DNA from: Ferroglobus placidus DSM 10642
Lineage (GTDB): Archaea; Halobacteriota; Archaeoglobi; Archaeoglobales; Archaeoglobaceae
NCBI RefSeq assembly: GCF_000025505.1
Contig: NC_013849.1
Location: forward strand, 1,680,001-1,712,000
Length of the DNA: 32,000 nt
Direction of reading: 5' to 3'
Below are positions 1 through 9,962 of this stretch, piece by piece; positions within the stretch are counted from its first letter, which is position 1; each line of letters begins with the position of its first letter. The notes beneath the pieces were generated by a model. It searched no databases and had not been told where the DNA came from. It was given only the letters and a program-made list of their open reading frames with translations. The position numbers and the translations under genes were made by a program.

Positions 1-45
1 GGCGTTTAAAAAAAGTTATATTTAGGGGGAGCAAATCCTCCTTAA

Positions 46-798
46 ATGATTATAGCGATCGCTTCGGGAAAGGGCGGAGTAGGTAAAACCACTGTATCCG
101 TAAATGCCGCCGTTCTTCTCTCCTTTCTCGGCAGAACAATTCTGGTTGACGGAGATGTGGCTTTACCTAACGTTCACGTGCATTTGAATTTTAATCCGTC
201 GGTGGCTCTTCCAGAGGTTTTGAAGGGAGAGGTTTCGCTTGAAGAAGCGATATACGAGATGCGGTTTAAAGTCGGAAAAAAAGAGACTACTCTCCACGTT
301 CTTCTTTCTTCAGGACCTCTCGAGAAAATTGAGCTCGACGGTTTTCCGGAGATTGTTAAAAAGCTCGAAAGAGATTACGATTTTGTTATAGTTGATGTTG
401 CCGCCGGATTGAACAAGTACGCTTTACTTCCACTCATGGCGTCCGAGAAAATATATGTTGTGGTGAATCCAGAAAGAGCGTCGATAGAGGACGGAAAGAA
501 AGTTACAATGGTTGCTTCCTCGATTGGTAAAGAGGTTAGTGGGGTCATCGTGAACAGGTATAGAGGCGAGAGAGATCTTGTCGAACTCGCACAGAAGGAA
601 ATCAGCGAAAATCTCGCTGGAATCGTAAGGGAGTCGAAACTCGTGAAAAAAGCATGGGAAATCGGTAAGCCGTTTGTGGTTGCTTTTCCATCCTCAGCAG
701 TTTCGAAGGATGTTGCGAAGCTTGCGAAAAACATAGCTGGAATAAAAACCGAAATTAAAAAGTACGGGAAGTTAAAGTACTTTCTGAGGCTGGCATGA
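46..798 (+). CDS. MinD/ParA-family P-loop ATPase
   Basis: Deviant Walker A motif ASGKGGVGKTT at the N-terminus, followed by ILVDGD and DFVIVDVAAG; full-length 250 aa ORF with ATG start. Confidence 0.93.
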   Translation: MIIAIASGKGGVGKTTVSVNAAVLLSFLGRTILVDGDVALPNVHVHLNFNPSVALPEVLKGEVSLEEAIYEMRFKVGKKETTLHVLLSSGPLEKIELDGFPEIVKKLERDYDFVIVDVAAGLNKYALLPLMASEKIYVVVNPERASIEDGKKVTMVASSIGKEVSGVIVNRYRGERDLVELAQKEISENLAGIVRESKLVKKAWEIGKPFVVAFPSSAVSKDVAKLAKNIAGIKTEIKKYGKLKYFLRLA

Positions 799-998
799 AG
801 GAAAGTATAGATGTTTTGATGGAAGATGGAGAAGTTCCGGAACTAAAGGGCGGAAAAGTAGATGAGAAGAGAGTAGTTTCTTCAGTTGATCTCGAAGAAA
901 TAGTGTCTTCCGAGAACTCCTTTGTCGTCAGAGTTATAGACGTCCTTATAGTGCTTGTAGCGATTACCGTATTTTTACTATTGGCTGGAATTTTATAA
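795..998 (+). CDS. small acidic protein with C-terminal transmembrane helix
   Basis: 67 aa; overlaps the MinD stop by ATGA; C-terminal hydrophobic segment VIDVLIVLVAITVFLLLAGIL. Confidence 0.7.
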   Translation: MKESIDVLMEDGEVPELKGGKVDEKRVVSSVDLEEIVSSENSFVVRVIDVLIVLVAITVFLLLAGIL

Positions 999-1011
999 AA
1001 ATAAAAATAGT

Positions 1012-1968
1012 TTATCCCTTGATCTTCTGGAGCTTTTCGATCAGAACCGGGACTATCTCGAATAAGTCTCCGACTACTCCGTAGTGAGCAACTCCAAATA
1101 TCGGAGCCTCCGGGTCTTTGTTTATAGCAATTATTAGCTCGCTGTCTTTCATACCCATAACGTGCTGGAATGCACCGCTTATTCCTAAAGCCAAATACAG
1201 CTTTGGCTTTACGGTTTTTCCTGAGATTCCGACCTGCCTGTCCTTCGGCAGCCATCCGTTGTCTATTACCGGACGACTTCCGGCAACGACTCCTCCAAGA
1301 AGCTTAGCGAGCTCTTCAGCAAGCTCTATGTTGGATGCGTCTTCGATTCCCCTTCCCACTGAAACTATTATGTCAGCTTGGGAAATGTCCACTTCCCCAA
1401 CTTCAGGCTCGATAATTCCGACGAACTCTCTTCTTGGCGTTACTTTCGGTTTAATTCCGGCGTCAACGATTTCCCCATTCGTCTCTTCTCCCTCTTTGAA
1501 CACTCCCTGCCTGACGGTGAGGACGTAGCATTCGGCTTTTTTGAGCATTATATCTACCATCAGCTTCCCTTGGAATATGTACCTGCTTACCTTGATTCCG
1601 TCCTTCACATCAACTCCAACGACATCAGTGGCGATTGGAGCGTTTAGCTTCGAAGCCACGAGCGGAGCGAGCTCTGCTCCTCTCGAAGAGTTCGGGAACA
1701 AGATCAAATCCGGTTTTTCTTTCTCGAACAGCTGCAAGAGAACGTCAGCGTATAGCTCTGGATTGTAATTTTCCAAAGAATCGTCTTCTATCTTCCACAC
1801 AACGTCCGCATATTTGGCAAGCTCTTCCGCAAAGCTTCCAACGTCTTTGCCAATCACAACCGCTTCGCTTTTTCCGTCACCCTTCACAGAGTTCGCTAAG
1901 TTCAGCAGCTCGACGCTAACCGGATCGAGTTCTCCAAGTCTAATTTCGGCTACAGCAAAAACCCTCAT
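1012..1968 (-). CDS. etfA: electron transfer flavoprotein alpha subunit
   Basis: C-terminal FAD-binding pattern [57 protein letters not shown]-like; next to EtfB. Confidence 0.93.
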   Translation of the reverse strand: [318 protein letters not shown]

Positions 1969-2702
1969 AGCAACCCCCTCTCCTTAAGTATCTGAATAAT
2001 CTTGTCAGCAATTTCATCCGGAGATCCGGTAATCATCTCGGCTTTCTTTACCGGAGGATAGTACATTTTTTCAACTTCGTACACTCCTTCTGGAGCTGAA
2101 ACGCTGACTTCTTTAAGCTCTTTGCTTCTCGCCCTCTTAATCCCCATTATCGACACGTACCTCGGCTCGTTGATACCGCTCTGCACGGTGATTAAGCAAG
2201 GAGTGCTCAAAACAGCCTCCTCCTGATAACCTCCCTCAAGCTCCCTCGTCACTCTAATTTTTCCGTTCTCTACTTTCAGGGAAGTTACCGCCGTTGCGTA
2301 AGGAACGTTGAGCATTCCAGCAAGAAGAGTTCCGACCAGAGCGTTGTTGTAGTCTTGGCTCATCAAACCGGCTATTATCAGATCGAAACCCTCAGCCTCT
2401 ACCACTTCCTTTATCGCAGAAGCAGTTACAAAGGGGTCCATTCCCGCATCTATGGGAATCTTTATAGCTCTGTCCGCACCCATTGCCAAGCACTTCCTTA
2501 GAGTGTCGTCGCTCTTTCCAACCCCTACCACAACAACTTCTCCTCCCAAGTTCTCCTTGATCCTTATAGCCTCTTCGATAGCGTATCTGTCCCAGTCGTT
2601 TATGTCGAAAACCAAACCTCTTTCGTCGAGAGTTTTCTCGTCCTTGAGGTGGATTTCACTCTCCGGATCGGCTGCATGCTTTGCTAATACAATTATCTTC
2701 AC
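1965..2702 (-). CDS. etfB: electron transfer flavoprotein beta subunit
   Basis: MKIIVLAKHAADPE, INDWDRYAIEEAIRIKE, LIIAGLMSQD motifs; 4-nt overlap with etfA. Confidence 0.92.
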   Translation of the reverse strand: MKIIVLAKHAADPESEIHLKDEKTLDERGLVFDINDWDRYAIEEAIRIKENLGGEVVVVGVGKSDDTLRKCLAMGADRAIKIPIDAGMDPFVTASAIKEVVEAEGFDLIIAGLMSQDYNNALVGTLLAGMLNVPYATAVTSLKVENGKIRVTRELEGGYQEEAVLSTPCLITVQSGINEPRYVSIMGIKRARSKELKEVSVSAPEGVYEVEKMYYPPVKKAEMITGSPDEIADKIIQILKERGLL

Positions 2703-2769
2703 TTAACCACCTCCTGAGAGATTTTTGCAGGAAGTTTAATTATTTTTTCTAAAAAAATTAAATGATTGA

Positions 2770-4728
2770 TTATTTACCTTTGAACTTCGGCTCTCTCTTT
2801 TCGAAGAAGGCTGCAAACCCTTCTTGCACGTCTTCAGTTGAGGCGACAACGCCAAAGTAAGCCGACTCCAAAGCCTGTCCCGCTTCGACAGGCAGTTCGT
2901 ATCCGAAGTTTATAGCGTACTTCGCAAGTCTCAAAGCGATAGGAGCACCTTTGGCTAAAGTTCTTGCCAAGTTCATTACTTCCTCCCAGAACTTCTCCTG
3001 ATCTACAGCTTTGTGAACAAGCCCTATTTCTTCAGCTTCCTCAGCACCAAGCCTCTTAGCGAGCATTATGAGTTCCTTAGCCTTAGCAATCCCCACTATC
3101 TTAGCCATCCTCTGAGTTCCGCCCCAGCCGGGGATTATTCCTAAAGCTGTTTCCGTCAAACCGATCTGAGCTCCTTTTGCCATTATTCTGAAATCACACG
3201 CTAAAGCAAGCTCGCAACCTCCTCCGAAAGCGTATCCGTTTATCGCTGCTATAACCGGCTTCGAGAATTTTTCTATTGCCGTAAACGTCTGCTGACCCTT
3301 CATAGCGAGCATCATAGCTACAGCCGGTTTCAGCATATCCCCTTCGAGAGTTGCTTGCAGATCGAGTCCGGCTGAGAAAGCCCTTCCCTCTCCGGTGATG
3401 ATGAGAACCCTTACGCTTTCATCCTTTTCGAGCTCCTCCAGAGCTCTTACTATTTCGTCGAGGGTTTCTATCGTCAAAGCGTTGAGTCTGTGGGGTCTGT
3501 TTAGGACGAGCTTCGCAATTCCCTCTTCGACCTTCTCGACCTTTATGTTCATGTAAGCTGCTTTCTCGTAATTGTAAAAGCCTGCTCCAGCTTTCTTCCC
3601 AGTTTTTCCTTCAGCTACAAGCTTTTTCAGGTACTCTGAAGGCTTCAGAATTTCGTAACCTTTCTCCTTGTAAAGTTCCTCGACTTTAGCCAGAATGACG
3701 TCCAAGCCTATCTCGTCTCCGAGCTCGCAAGGACCTTTTGGCATGTTCGTTCCGAGTTTCATGGCTGTGTCGATTTCTTCAGCACTCGCAACGCCCATTT
3801 CAATTAGACTTGCGGCTATGTTCACCATAGGAGCTATGAGTCTTAAAGCATCGTACTTTCCAGCCGCCTCCTTCGGAATCTTCGGTCTTCCCTGCCTCCA
3901 GTCGTAGAAGCCCTTTCCAGTTTTCATACCAAGCTCCTTCGCTTTGAACTTCTCCTCAAGAAGCTTAGATTTCGGCACGATGTCCCACTGCTGGGTGGAG
4001 TAATACAGAATGTCCAGTCCTACGAAGTCGGAAAGTTCGATTGGACCCATGGGGAACTTGTAGTTGTAGAGCATAGTGGCGTCTATCTCCTCCTTAGTTG
4101 CTACGCCATTCTCAACATCCTGTATAGCCAAAACAAGATAAGGCACGAGACATCTATTTACGATAAATCCGGTAACGTCCTTTTTCACGACAACAGGGGT
4201 TTTTCCAAGGCTTTTTACGAATTCGACGGCAATCTTAACGGTTTCTTCGCTCGTGTACTCTCCCTTTATAACTTCAACGAGAGCCATCACCGGAACTGGA
4301 TTGAAGAAGTGCATACCAACGAATTTATCCGGTCTGTCCGTCGCTTTCGAAAGCTCGGTAATGCTCAATCCGGAAGTGTTAGTTGCGAGAATTGCTTTCT
4401 TGTTGTACTCACAGATTTCTTTGAAAACCTGCTTTTTGAGATCCATAACCTCAGGAACAGCCTCTATCACGAGATCTGCATCCTCCACAGCTTCTTTCAA
4501 GTCTGTGGTGAAGTGGAGCTTTGCTTCAATTTCCTTAAGCTTCGTTACGCTGATCTTTCCTTTATTTACAGCCTTTCTCAAATTCTTCTCGATCGTTTCT
4601 TTGGCTTTGTTCAGAATTTCCTCGCTTATGTCTCTAACCCAAACTTCGTAGCCAGCCATTGCACAAACCTGAGCTATTCCGCTCCCCATCGTTCCGGCTC
4701 CAACAACAGCCACCTTCTTAATTTCCAT
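2770..4728 (-). CDS. bifunctional 3-hydroxyacyl-CoA dehydrogenase / enoyl-CoA hydratase
   Basis: N-terminal Rossmann motif VAVVGAGTMGSGIAQVCAMAGYEV, HFFNPVPVMALVEVI; C-terminal crotonase motifs LNRPHRLNALT, GRAFSAGLD, GYAFGGGCELALACDFRIM. Confidence 0.95.
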   Translation of the reverse strand: MEIKKVAVVGAGTMGSGIAQVCAMAGYEVWVRDISEEILNKAKETIEKNLRKAVNKGKISVTKLKEIEAKLHFTTDLKEAVEDADLVIEAVPEVMDLKKQVFKEICEYNKKAILATNTSGLSITELSKATDRPDKFVGMHFFNPVPVMALVEVIKGEYTSEETVKIAVEFVKSLGKTPVVVKKDVTGFIVNRCLVPYLVLAIQDVENGVATKEEIDATMLYNYKFPMGPIELSDFVGLDILYYSTQQWDIVPKSKLLEEKFKAKELGMKTGKGFYDWRQGRPKIPKEAAGKYDALRLIAPMVNIAASLIEMGVASAEEIDTAMKLGTNMPKGPCELGDEIGLDVILAKVEELYKEKGYEILKPSEYLKKLVAEGKTGKKAGAGFYNYEKAAYMNIKVEKVEEGIAKLVLNRPHRLNALTIETLDEIVRALEELEKDESVRVLIITGEGRAFSAGLDLQATLEGDMLKPAVAMMLAMKGQQTFTAIEKFSKPVIAAINGYAFGGGCELALACDFRIMAKGAQIGLTETALGIIPGWGGTQRMAKIVGIAKAKELIMLAKRLGAEEAEEIGLVHKAVDQEKFWEEVMNLARTLAKGAPIALRLAKYAINFGYELPVEAGQALESAYFGVVASTEDVQEGFAAFFEKREPKFKGK

Positions 4729-4732
4729 TTCA

Positions 4733-5242
4733 TCACCCCTCTATGGGAACGAGCTCATACATTAAATACCCTTCTTTTCTTCTCGATATCTCAACTCTAA
4801 CTCGCTGCCCCGGTTTAACTTTTCTCGGATCTCCCCTCAGCCAAGCAGTTATTCTTACTCCATCATCGAGTTTGGCTATAGCCACAGTGTAAGGGTCGTG
4901 CATCGCAAAGCTCGGAGGTCTGACGAAGACGACGGTGAGAGTTTCGAGCACTCCCTCTTTCTTCAGCTCAACCCACTCCATCTCGCTCACTCTGCAGTTC
5001 GGACAATCCTTTTGAGGAGGGAAAAACAGCTCGCCGCACCTCTTGCACTTAGTCGTTAAAAGCTTACCCTCCCTCATTCCTTCGAAGAAGGGAGCTATGT
5101 TTTCTATGCAGATCAAGTAGCTAAGCTCGAGCTTCCTCATGTCAACCCACTGCATCGCTCCTGTTTTCTCATCCAAAGCTACCGGAAATCCGTATTCCGC
5201 TATGTTTCTTTCAACAGCCTTTTTAAACTCCTCCACAACCAT
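4733..5242 (-). CDS. DUF35 / OB-fold acyl-CoA-associated protein with rubredoxin-like Zn ribbon
   Basis: CKRCGELFFPPQKDCPNC motif followed by an OB-fold region. Start trimmed from the track's 5314 to the ATG at 5242, which overlaps the thiolase stop and is preceded by an AGAGGTG Shine-Dalgarno. Confidence 0.88.
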   Translation of the reverse strand: MVVEEFKKAVERNIAEYGFPVALDEKTGAMQWVDMRKLELSYLICIENIAPFFEGMREGKLLTTKCKRCGELFFPPQKDCPNCRVSEMEWVELKKEGVLETLTVVFVRPPSFAMHDPYTVAIAKLDDGVRITAWLRGDPRKVKPGQRVRVEISRRKEGYLMYELVPIEG

Positions 5243-6420
5243 CACCTCTTCTCGAGGGAGTATATCGTAACGTAGCTGTAGTGACCCGTCCCACCGACGT
5301 TGTGAGTTAGCCACCTTCCGTTCTTGATTTCAGCCTGTCTGCCAGCTTCTGCCTTGCTCAAAAGCTGCTTGTAAGCTTCGACAGCCTGAGAAACTCCAGT
5401 AGCACCTATCGGATGACCCTTAGCTTTCAAACCGCCGTCCAGATTTACCGGAATTCTTCCACCTATGTAAGTTTGCTCGTTTCTTATCAGCTCAACCCCT
5501 TCTCCTCTCTTAGCGAATCTCAAATCCTCGTAGGCGATAATTTCTGCTGCGGTAAAGCAGTCGTGCACGTTTGCTCCGTCCAGCTGCTTGTAGGGAGCGT
5601 CCATATCGATTCCGGCTTTCTTGTAGGCAAGTTCAGCTGCAAAAGCGGCAGATTTAAGCGATGTGAACGTCTCTCTCTTGCTTAGATTTGCCGTTCCAGT
5701 CCCGACACCCTGACTGAGAATCCAAACCTTCTCCTCTATTCCCCACTCCTTAACCTTCTCCTCGCTCGCCAGAACAACAGCGGCTGCTCCGTCAGTTATC
5801 GGAGAACAGTCGTAGAGCTTAAATGGCCAGGCAATGTAAGGGGAATTCAAAGCTGTTTCGAGAGTTATTTCCTTCTGGAATTGAGCGTTCGGATTCTTGG
5901 CTCCGTAGTAGTGGTTTTTCACAGCCACCCTCGCAAAGTCTTCTTCGGTTGCATTGTACTTAGCCATGTAGGCTGTAGCATGTAAAGCGTAATAAGCCGG
6001 GAAGGTCAAGCCGAAGTTTTCGAATTCCCAGAAGTAACTTCCGAATCTACCAATAATTTCGATCACCGTCGGATTCGGAGATTCCTGCATTTTCTCCACA
6101 CCGAGAACGAGAACGACATCGGCTTCTCCACTCTCTATAGCGGTGTAACCAACTCTAATAGCTGCACTTCCAGTTGCACAAGCCGCCTCAACTCGCATGC
6201 TTCCTACTCCAAGCTTAGCGTATTCCGCCATCAGAGATGGGACTGCAGCTTCGCTACTCCACAAACCGGCTGTTCCGACAACGAAAAAGTCTATATCCTT
6301 CTGTTCAACGTTTGCCGAGTCAAAAGCCTGTTTCATTGCTTCCCAAGCGAGTTCCGGAACGTTAACGTCTCTTCTGTTTCCGAATTTGGTGTGTCCAACC
6401 CCAATAACAGCTACTGCCAT
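5242..6420 (-). CDS. thiolase (acetyl-CoA acetyltransferase, SCP-x/archaeal type)
   Basis: VRVEAACATGSAAIRVG active-site Cys region, NLDGGLKAKGHPIGATGVSQ, C-terminal NVGGTGHYSYVTI. Confidence 0.93.
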   Translation of the reverse strand: MAVAVIGVGHTKFGNRRDVNVPELAWEAMKQAFDSANVEQKDIDFFVVGTAGLWSSEAAVPSLMAEYAKLGVGSMRVEAACATGSAAIRVGYTAIESGEADVVLVLGVEKMQESPNPTVIEIIGRFGSYFWEFENFGLTFPAYYALHATAYMAKYNATEEDFARVAVKNHYYGAKNPNAQFQKEITLETALNSPYIAWPFKLYDCSPITDGAAAVVLASEEKVKEWGIEEKVWILSQGVGTGTANLSKRETFTSLKSAAFAAELAYKKAGIDMDAPYKQLDGANVHDCFTAAEIIAYEDLRFAKRGEGVELIRNEQTYIGGRIPVNLDGGLKAKGHPIGATGVSQAVEAYKQLLSKAEAGRQAEIKNGRWLTHNVGGTGHYSYVTIYSLEKR

Positions 6421-6653
6421 ACAATTTCTTTCACGTTCTTTAATTATATAAACTTTTTCCCGTTCTCGTGGCTTTATTTCTTGAATGGAGATCGAAAAAG
6501 TTAAATCTTCCTAAGATTTGTCATTATTTTTACGAAGTTTGGATTATGTGGTATAAATACCTTTCTTTCTCGAATTAAAGCCTAAAGAATTTTTATCTTC
6601 GCCAAAACAGTTTTATACTTCCTTAGATAGAATTGTATTTCAGAGGTGGTGGT

Positions 6654-7826
6654 ATGCCGATAAGTTTTCAGTTTACCGAGGAGCAGGAAGATATAAGAAG
6701 AGCTGCAAGAGAGTTTGCCGAGAAGGAGTTCACTCCGGAGCTTGCAAGAGAGTGTGACAGGGAAGAGAAGTTCCCCTTCGAGCTATGGAAGAAGTGTGCA
6801 AAACTCGGATTCCATGCCGTGGCGATTCCGGAAGAATACGGGGGAGGAGGATACGGACCGATAGAGCAAATGATAGTAATGGAGGAGTTTTCAGCCGTAA
6901 ACCCCGGCTTGGGATTGGCTTGCTTGATTCCGACCTTCGGAGTTGAGATACTTCTCCTCCACGGAAGTGAGGAGCAGAAGGAGAAGTACGTTACAAAAGT
7001 TGCGAAGGGAGATGCGATAATGGGTATGGCTAACACCGAGCCTGATGCAGGAAGCGATGCGGCAAGCATAAAAACCAGAGCTGTTAGGGACGGCGATGAA
7101 TGGGTTTTGAACGGAACTAAGCAGTTCATCTCGAACGGAAGTATTGCCGACTTCATCCTCGTTACGGCAAGAACCTCCGAGCCGAAGAGCTTCGAAGAGA
7201 GGCACAAGGGAATAAGTTACTTCATCGTTGAGACGGACAGAGAAGGTTACAAAGCCACGAAAATCACCGGGAAGATGGGTATTAGGGCAACCGATACAGC
7301 AGAGGTAAGCTTGAACAACGTTAGGGTTCCAGCTGAGAATCTGGTTGGAGAAGAAGGAAAAGGATTCTACTACATGATGGAGTTCTTCGACATAACGAGG
7401 GTTTGGGTGGCAGCTCAGGCTGTAGGAATAGCGAGGGGAGCATTAAAGCTCGTTGTCGATTACGTAAAGCAGAGAAAAGCTTTCGGAATGCCGCTGGCTG
7501 CTTTCCAGTACGTTCAGTTCAAGATAGCTGAGTTGGCGACGAAAATAGAGGCTGCGAGGACGCTAACTTACAGAGCTGCAGCCGTGCAAGTAGAGACAGG
7601 AAAGCCTGACAACACGCTTTCGGCAATGGCTAAGTGGTACGCAGGAGAGGTGGCTGTCGAGACGTGCAACTGGGCTTTGCAGTTCCACGGAGGTTACGGA
7701 TACATCGACGAATACCCGATAAACCAGTTCTACAGGGATGCGAAGATAACGGAGATCTACGAGGGAGCTAAGGAGATAGAGAAGCTGATAATAGCAAGAA
7801 ACATCTTCGGCTTTAAAGGAAGGTAA
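6654..7826 (+). CDS. acyl-CoA dehydrogenase
   Basis: FTEEQEDIRRAAREFAEKEF; MGMANTEPDAGSDAASIKTRA; LQFHGGYGYIDEYP; ATG 6654 has upstream GAGGTGGTG, so it is preferred to 6633. Confidence 0.94.
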   Translation: MPISFQFTEEQEDIRRAAREFAEKEFTPELARECDREEKFPFELWKKCAKLGFHAVAIPEEYGGGGYGPIEQMIVMEEFSAVNPGLGLACLIPTFGVEILLLHGSEEQKEKYVTKVAKGDAIMGMANTEPDAGSDAASIKTRAVRDGDEWVLNGTKQFISNGSIADFILVTARTSEPKSFEERHKGISYFIVETDREGYKATKITGKMGIRATDTAEVSLNNVRVPAENLVGEEGKGFYYMMEFFDITRVWVAAQAVGIARGALKLVVDYVKQRKAFGMPLAAFQYVQFKIAELATKIEAARTLTYRAAAVQVETGKPDNTLSAMAKWYAGEVAVETCNWALQFHGGYGYIDEYPINQFYRDAKITEIYEGAKEIEKLIIARNIFGFKGR

Positions 7827-9116
7827 TCAAGAATTTTTCCTCAAATCCACAACTCTTTTTGCCTTTCCGCCCGTCCTTTCCAACTCTCCTTTTTTCACGA
7901 GCTCCACGTTAACCCTCACTCCAAGGTCGGATTTCAGAATCTCTTCGATTTTAGCTTTCAGTTTTTCCGAGTTGACTTTATCCTCCGGCACTTCTACTCT
8001 AACAGTTACGTTGTCGAGAGTTTTTCTGTCAACTACTATCTGGAATTCTCCGCAAACTTCTGGAATCTTCATCAAAGAGTGCTCAACCTGAGAAGGATAT
8101 ACGTTCACTCCTTTTACGACTACCATGTCATCAACTCTTCCACTTATTCTCGCTATTTTCGGATGAGTTCTTCCGCAAGAGCACTTTTCGTCGATTAAAA
8201 ACGTTATGTCTCCAGTTCTGTACCTCAAAATCGGCATGGCTTCTTTTGTAAGAGCCGTTAAAACGAGCTCCCCTTTTTCCCCCTCTCCAACCGGGTTTCC
8301 CTCTTCATCAACTATCTCAACGAGGTAGTGATCGATCCATATGTGCAAGCCGTTTTGCTCTTCACACTCAAAAGCAACCCCCGGACCGTTCATTTCGCTC
8401 AATCCGTAGCTGTCGAAAGCTTTTATTCCGAAAAATTCTTCGAGTCTTTTTCTCAGATTTTCGCTCCAAGGTTCAGCTCCGAAGCATCCGATTCTAAGTC
8501 TGCTCCCTTCAAAGTTTAGTCCCCACTCCTCAGAAACTTCCTTAATTCTGAGAGCGTAACTTGGCGTGCAATGAATAGCGGTCGTTCCTAAATCCATCAT
8601 GAGCTCCAGCTGTCTTCTCGTGTTCCCCACGCCGGCGGGGATTGTTGTTGCTCCTATTCTCTCGGCAGCGTAGTGAAAGCCCAGACCTCCGGTGAAGAGG
8701 CTGTAGTTTACCATGTTCTGAAAAACGTCGTCTTTTCTAACTCCCACCATGTAAAGGCATCTCGCCACAAGATTCGTCCAGTTTTCAAGGTCGTTTCTTG
8801 TATAGCCAACGACTTTCGGTTTTCCTGTTGTTCCGCTCGATGTGTGTATTCTCACAACTTCGCTTAAAGGCACAGCGAACAGACCGAAGGGATAATTTGA
8901 CGCGAAATCTTCCTTGGTTGTGAAAGGAAGCTTCTTAACGTCTTCGAGCTTTTTTATGTCGCTCGGATGAACTCCAAGCTCTTTCAATCTCCTTTTATAA
9001 AAGGCAACGTTTCGATAAGCGTGATTAACAACCCATTTCAACCTCTTCAGCTGCAATTCTTCAAGCTCCCTTCTTGGCATTATCTCCTCTTTTTGCCAAT
9101 AGTTGTCAAGTGGCAT
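7827..9116 (-). CDS. phenylacetate-CoA ligase-like AMP-forming acyl-CoA ligase (PaaK family)
   Basis: VRIHTSSGTTGKPKVVGYT, FDSYGLSEMNGPGVAFEC, LPILRYRTGD-like, GRVDDMVVVKGVNVYPSQVE. Confidence 0.92.
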   Translation of the reverse strand: MPLDNYWQKEEIMPRRELEELQLKRLKWVVNHAYRNVAFYKRRLKELGVHPSDIKKLEDVKKLPFTTKEDFASNYPFGLFAVPLSEVVRIHTSSGTTGKPKVVGYTRNDLENWTNLVARCLYMVGVRKDDVFQNMVNYSLFTGGLGFHYAAERIGATTIPAGVGNTRRQLELMMDLGTTAIHCTPSYALRIKEVSEEWGLNFEGSRLRIGCFGAEPWSENLRKRLEEFFGIKAFDSYGLSEMNGPGVAFECEEQNGLHIWIDHYLVEIVDEEGNPVGEGEKGELVLTALTKEAMPILRYRTGDITFLIDEKCSCGRTHPKIARISGRVDDMVVVKGVNVYPSQVEHSLMKIPEVCGEFQIVVDRKTLDNVTVRVEVPEDKVNSEKLKAKIEEILKSDLGVRVNVELVKKGELERTGGKAKRVVDLRKNS

Positions 9117-9157
9117 GGTTGAGAGTAATGAAAGCGAAATTTAAAGACATCGCAAAA

Positions 9158-9889
9158 TTACCAAGGAAGGTTGACTCCGGGAAGGTTACCCAAGTATAAA
9201 AGAAGGACGATCCCAAAAATCGGTTGATGGAGAAGATAAATTTTCAGCGTGTGCCTTCCGAGAAAAGCCACGCTCAGAAATGCTTTTGGAAAAGAAAGTT
9301 CGAATTTTCTCTCACCACCGGGATAAATTATCGAAGCCGCTCCAACTCCAAGCAGAAAAACTCCGAACCAGGGAAAAATCGGAAAGTAGTCGAAAGTGAA
9401 GAAATAAGGAGGAGTAATTCCCAGAGGAAGGAGAAGGAGATTTTCGGAGTGTATATTTTCAACAACGAATTTCCCGGCGAAAAATACCGGAGCTATTAGA
9501 ACGTTCTTCTCTCCAAATCTAAGGAAAGGAATAACTAAGATGCTCGCCACTCCGAGGAAGTGAAGAACTCCGAAGTATATCGTCCCCTCTTTAAGGAAGA
9601 GCTTCGTAAAGACAGTTATCATCAAACCCAAACCGAAAAGTTTGACAAAACGCTTGAAAAATTTCGTGTAATTCCACCTAAAGTGTGACAACCACACGGA
9701 AACTCCAGAGATGAAAACGAACATAGAGGCAGTTAATAAAGCGAAGAATCTCCAAAAAAGTTCAAAGTTGTTGTATCCTGCGAAGTACTGTAAGTCGGTT
9801 ACGAAGTTGGAAATCAGCATCATTATAAGTGCCACTCCCCTGAAAAAGTCCACTTCAACGTATCTTAACTTTTGAGCACTCATTTTCAA
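9158..9889 (-). CDS. DUF1624/heparan-alpha-glucosaminide N-acetyltransferase-like multi-pass membrane protein
   Basis: YVEVDFFRGVALIMMLISNFVTDLQYF N-terminus, multiple hydrophobic helices, LGRHTLKIYLLHQP near the C-terminus. Confidence 0.78.
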   Translation of the reverse strand: MKMSAQKLRYVEVDFFRGVALIMMLISNFVTDLQYFAGYNNFELFWRFFALLTASMFVFISGVSVWLSHFRWNYTKFFKRFVKLFGLGLMITVFTKLFLKEGTIYFGVLHFLGVASILVIPFLRFGEKNVLIAPVFFAGKFVVENIHSENLLLLPLGITPPYFFTFDYFPIFPWFGVFLLGVGAASIIYPGGERKFELSFPKAFLSVAFLGRHTLKIYLLHQPIFGIVLLLYLGNLPGVNLPW

Positions 9890-9962
9890 AGCGGAACCGA
9901 GTGTTACTTTAAAACATTTACGAGAGAAAGGTTATTTAGTCTCGTCAAATGAAAACTTGCTC

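Noticed and set aside
375-734. Minus-strand ORF of 119 aa opposite the MinD-like gene
   Set aside because: Ser/Thr/Phe-rich shadow ORF antisense to a strong P-loop ATPase; no domain signal.
755-1255. Plus-strand 166 aa ORF
   Set aside because: Listed translation overlaps the MinD 3' end, the small TM gene and etfA with low-complexity Ser/Thr content; antisense/out-of-frame artefact.
3695-4651. ORFs 3695-3907, 4253-4651 and 4309-4800 opposite the HADH/ECH fusion
   Set aside because: Shadow ORFs of a highly conserved minus-strand gene.
6668-7207. 179 aa and 104 aa minus-strand ORFs opposite the acyl-CoA dehydrogenase
   Set aside because: Antisense of conserved catalytic motifs; no independent evidence.
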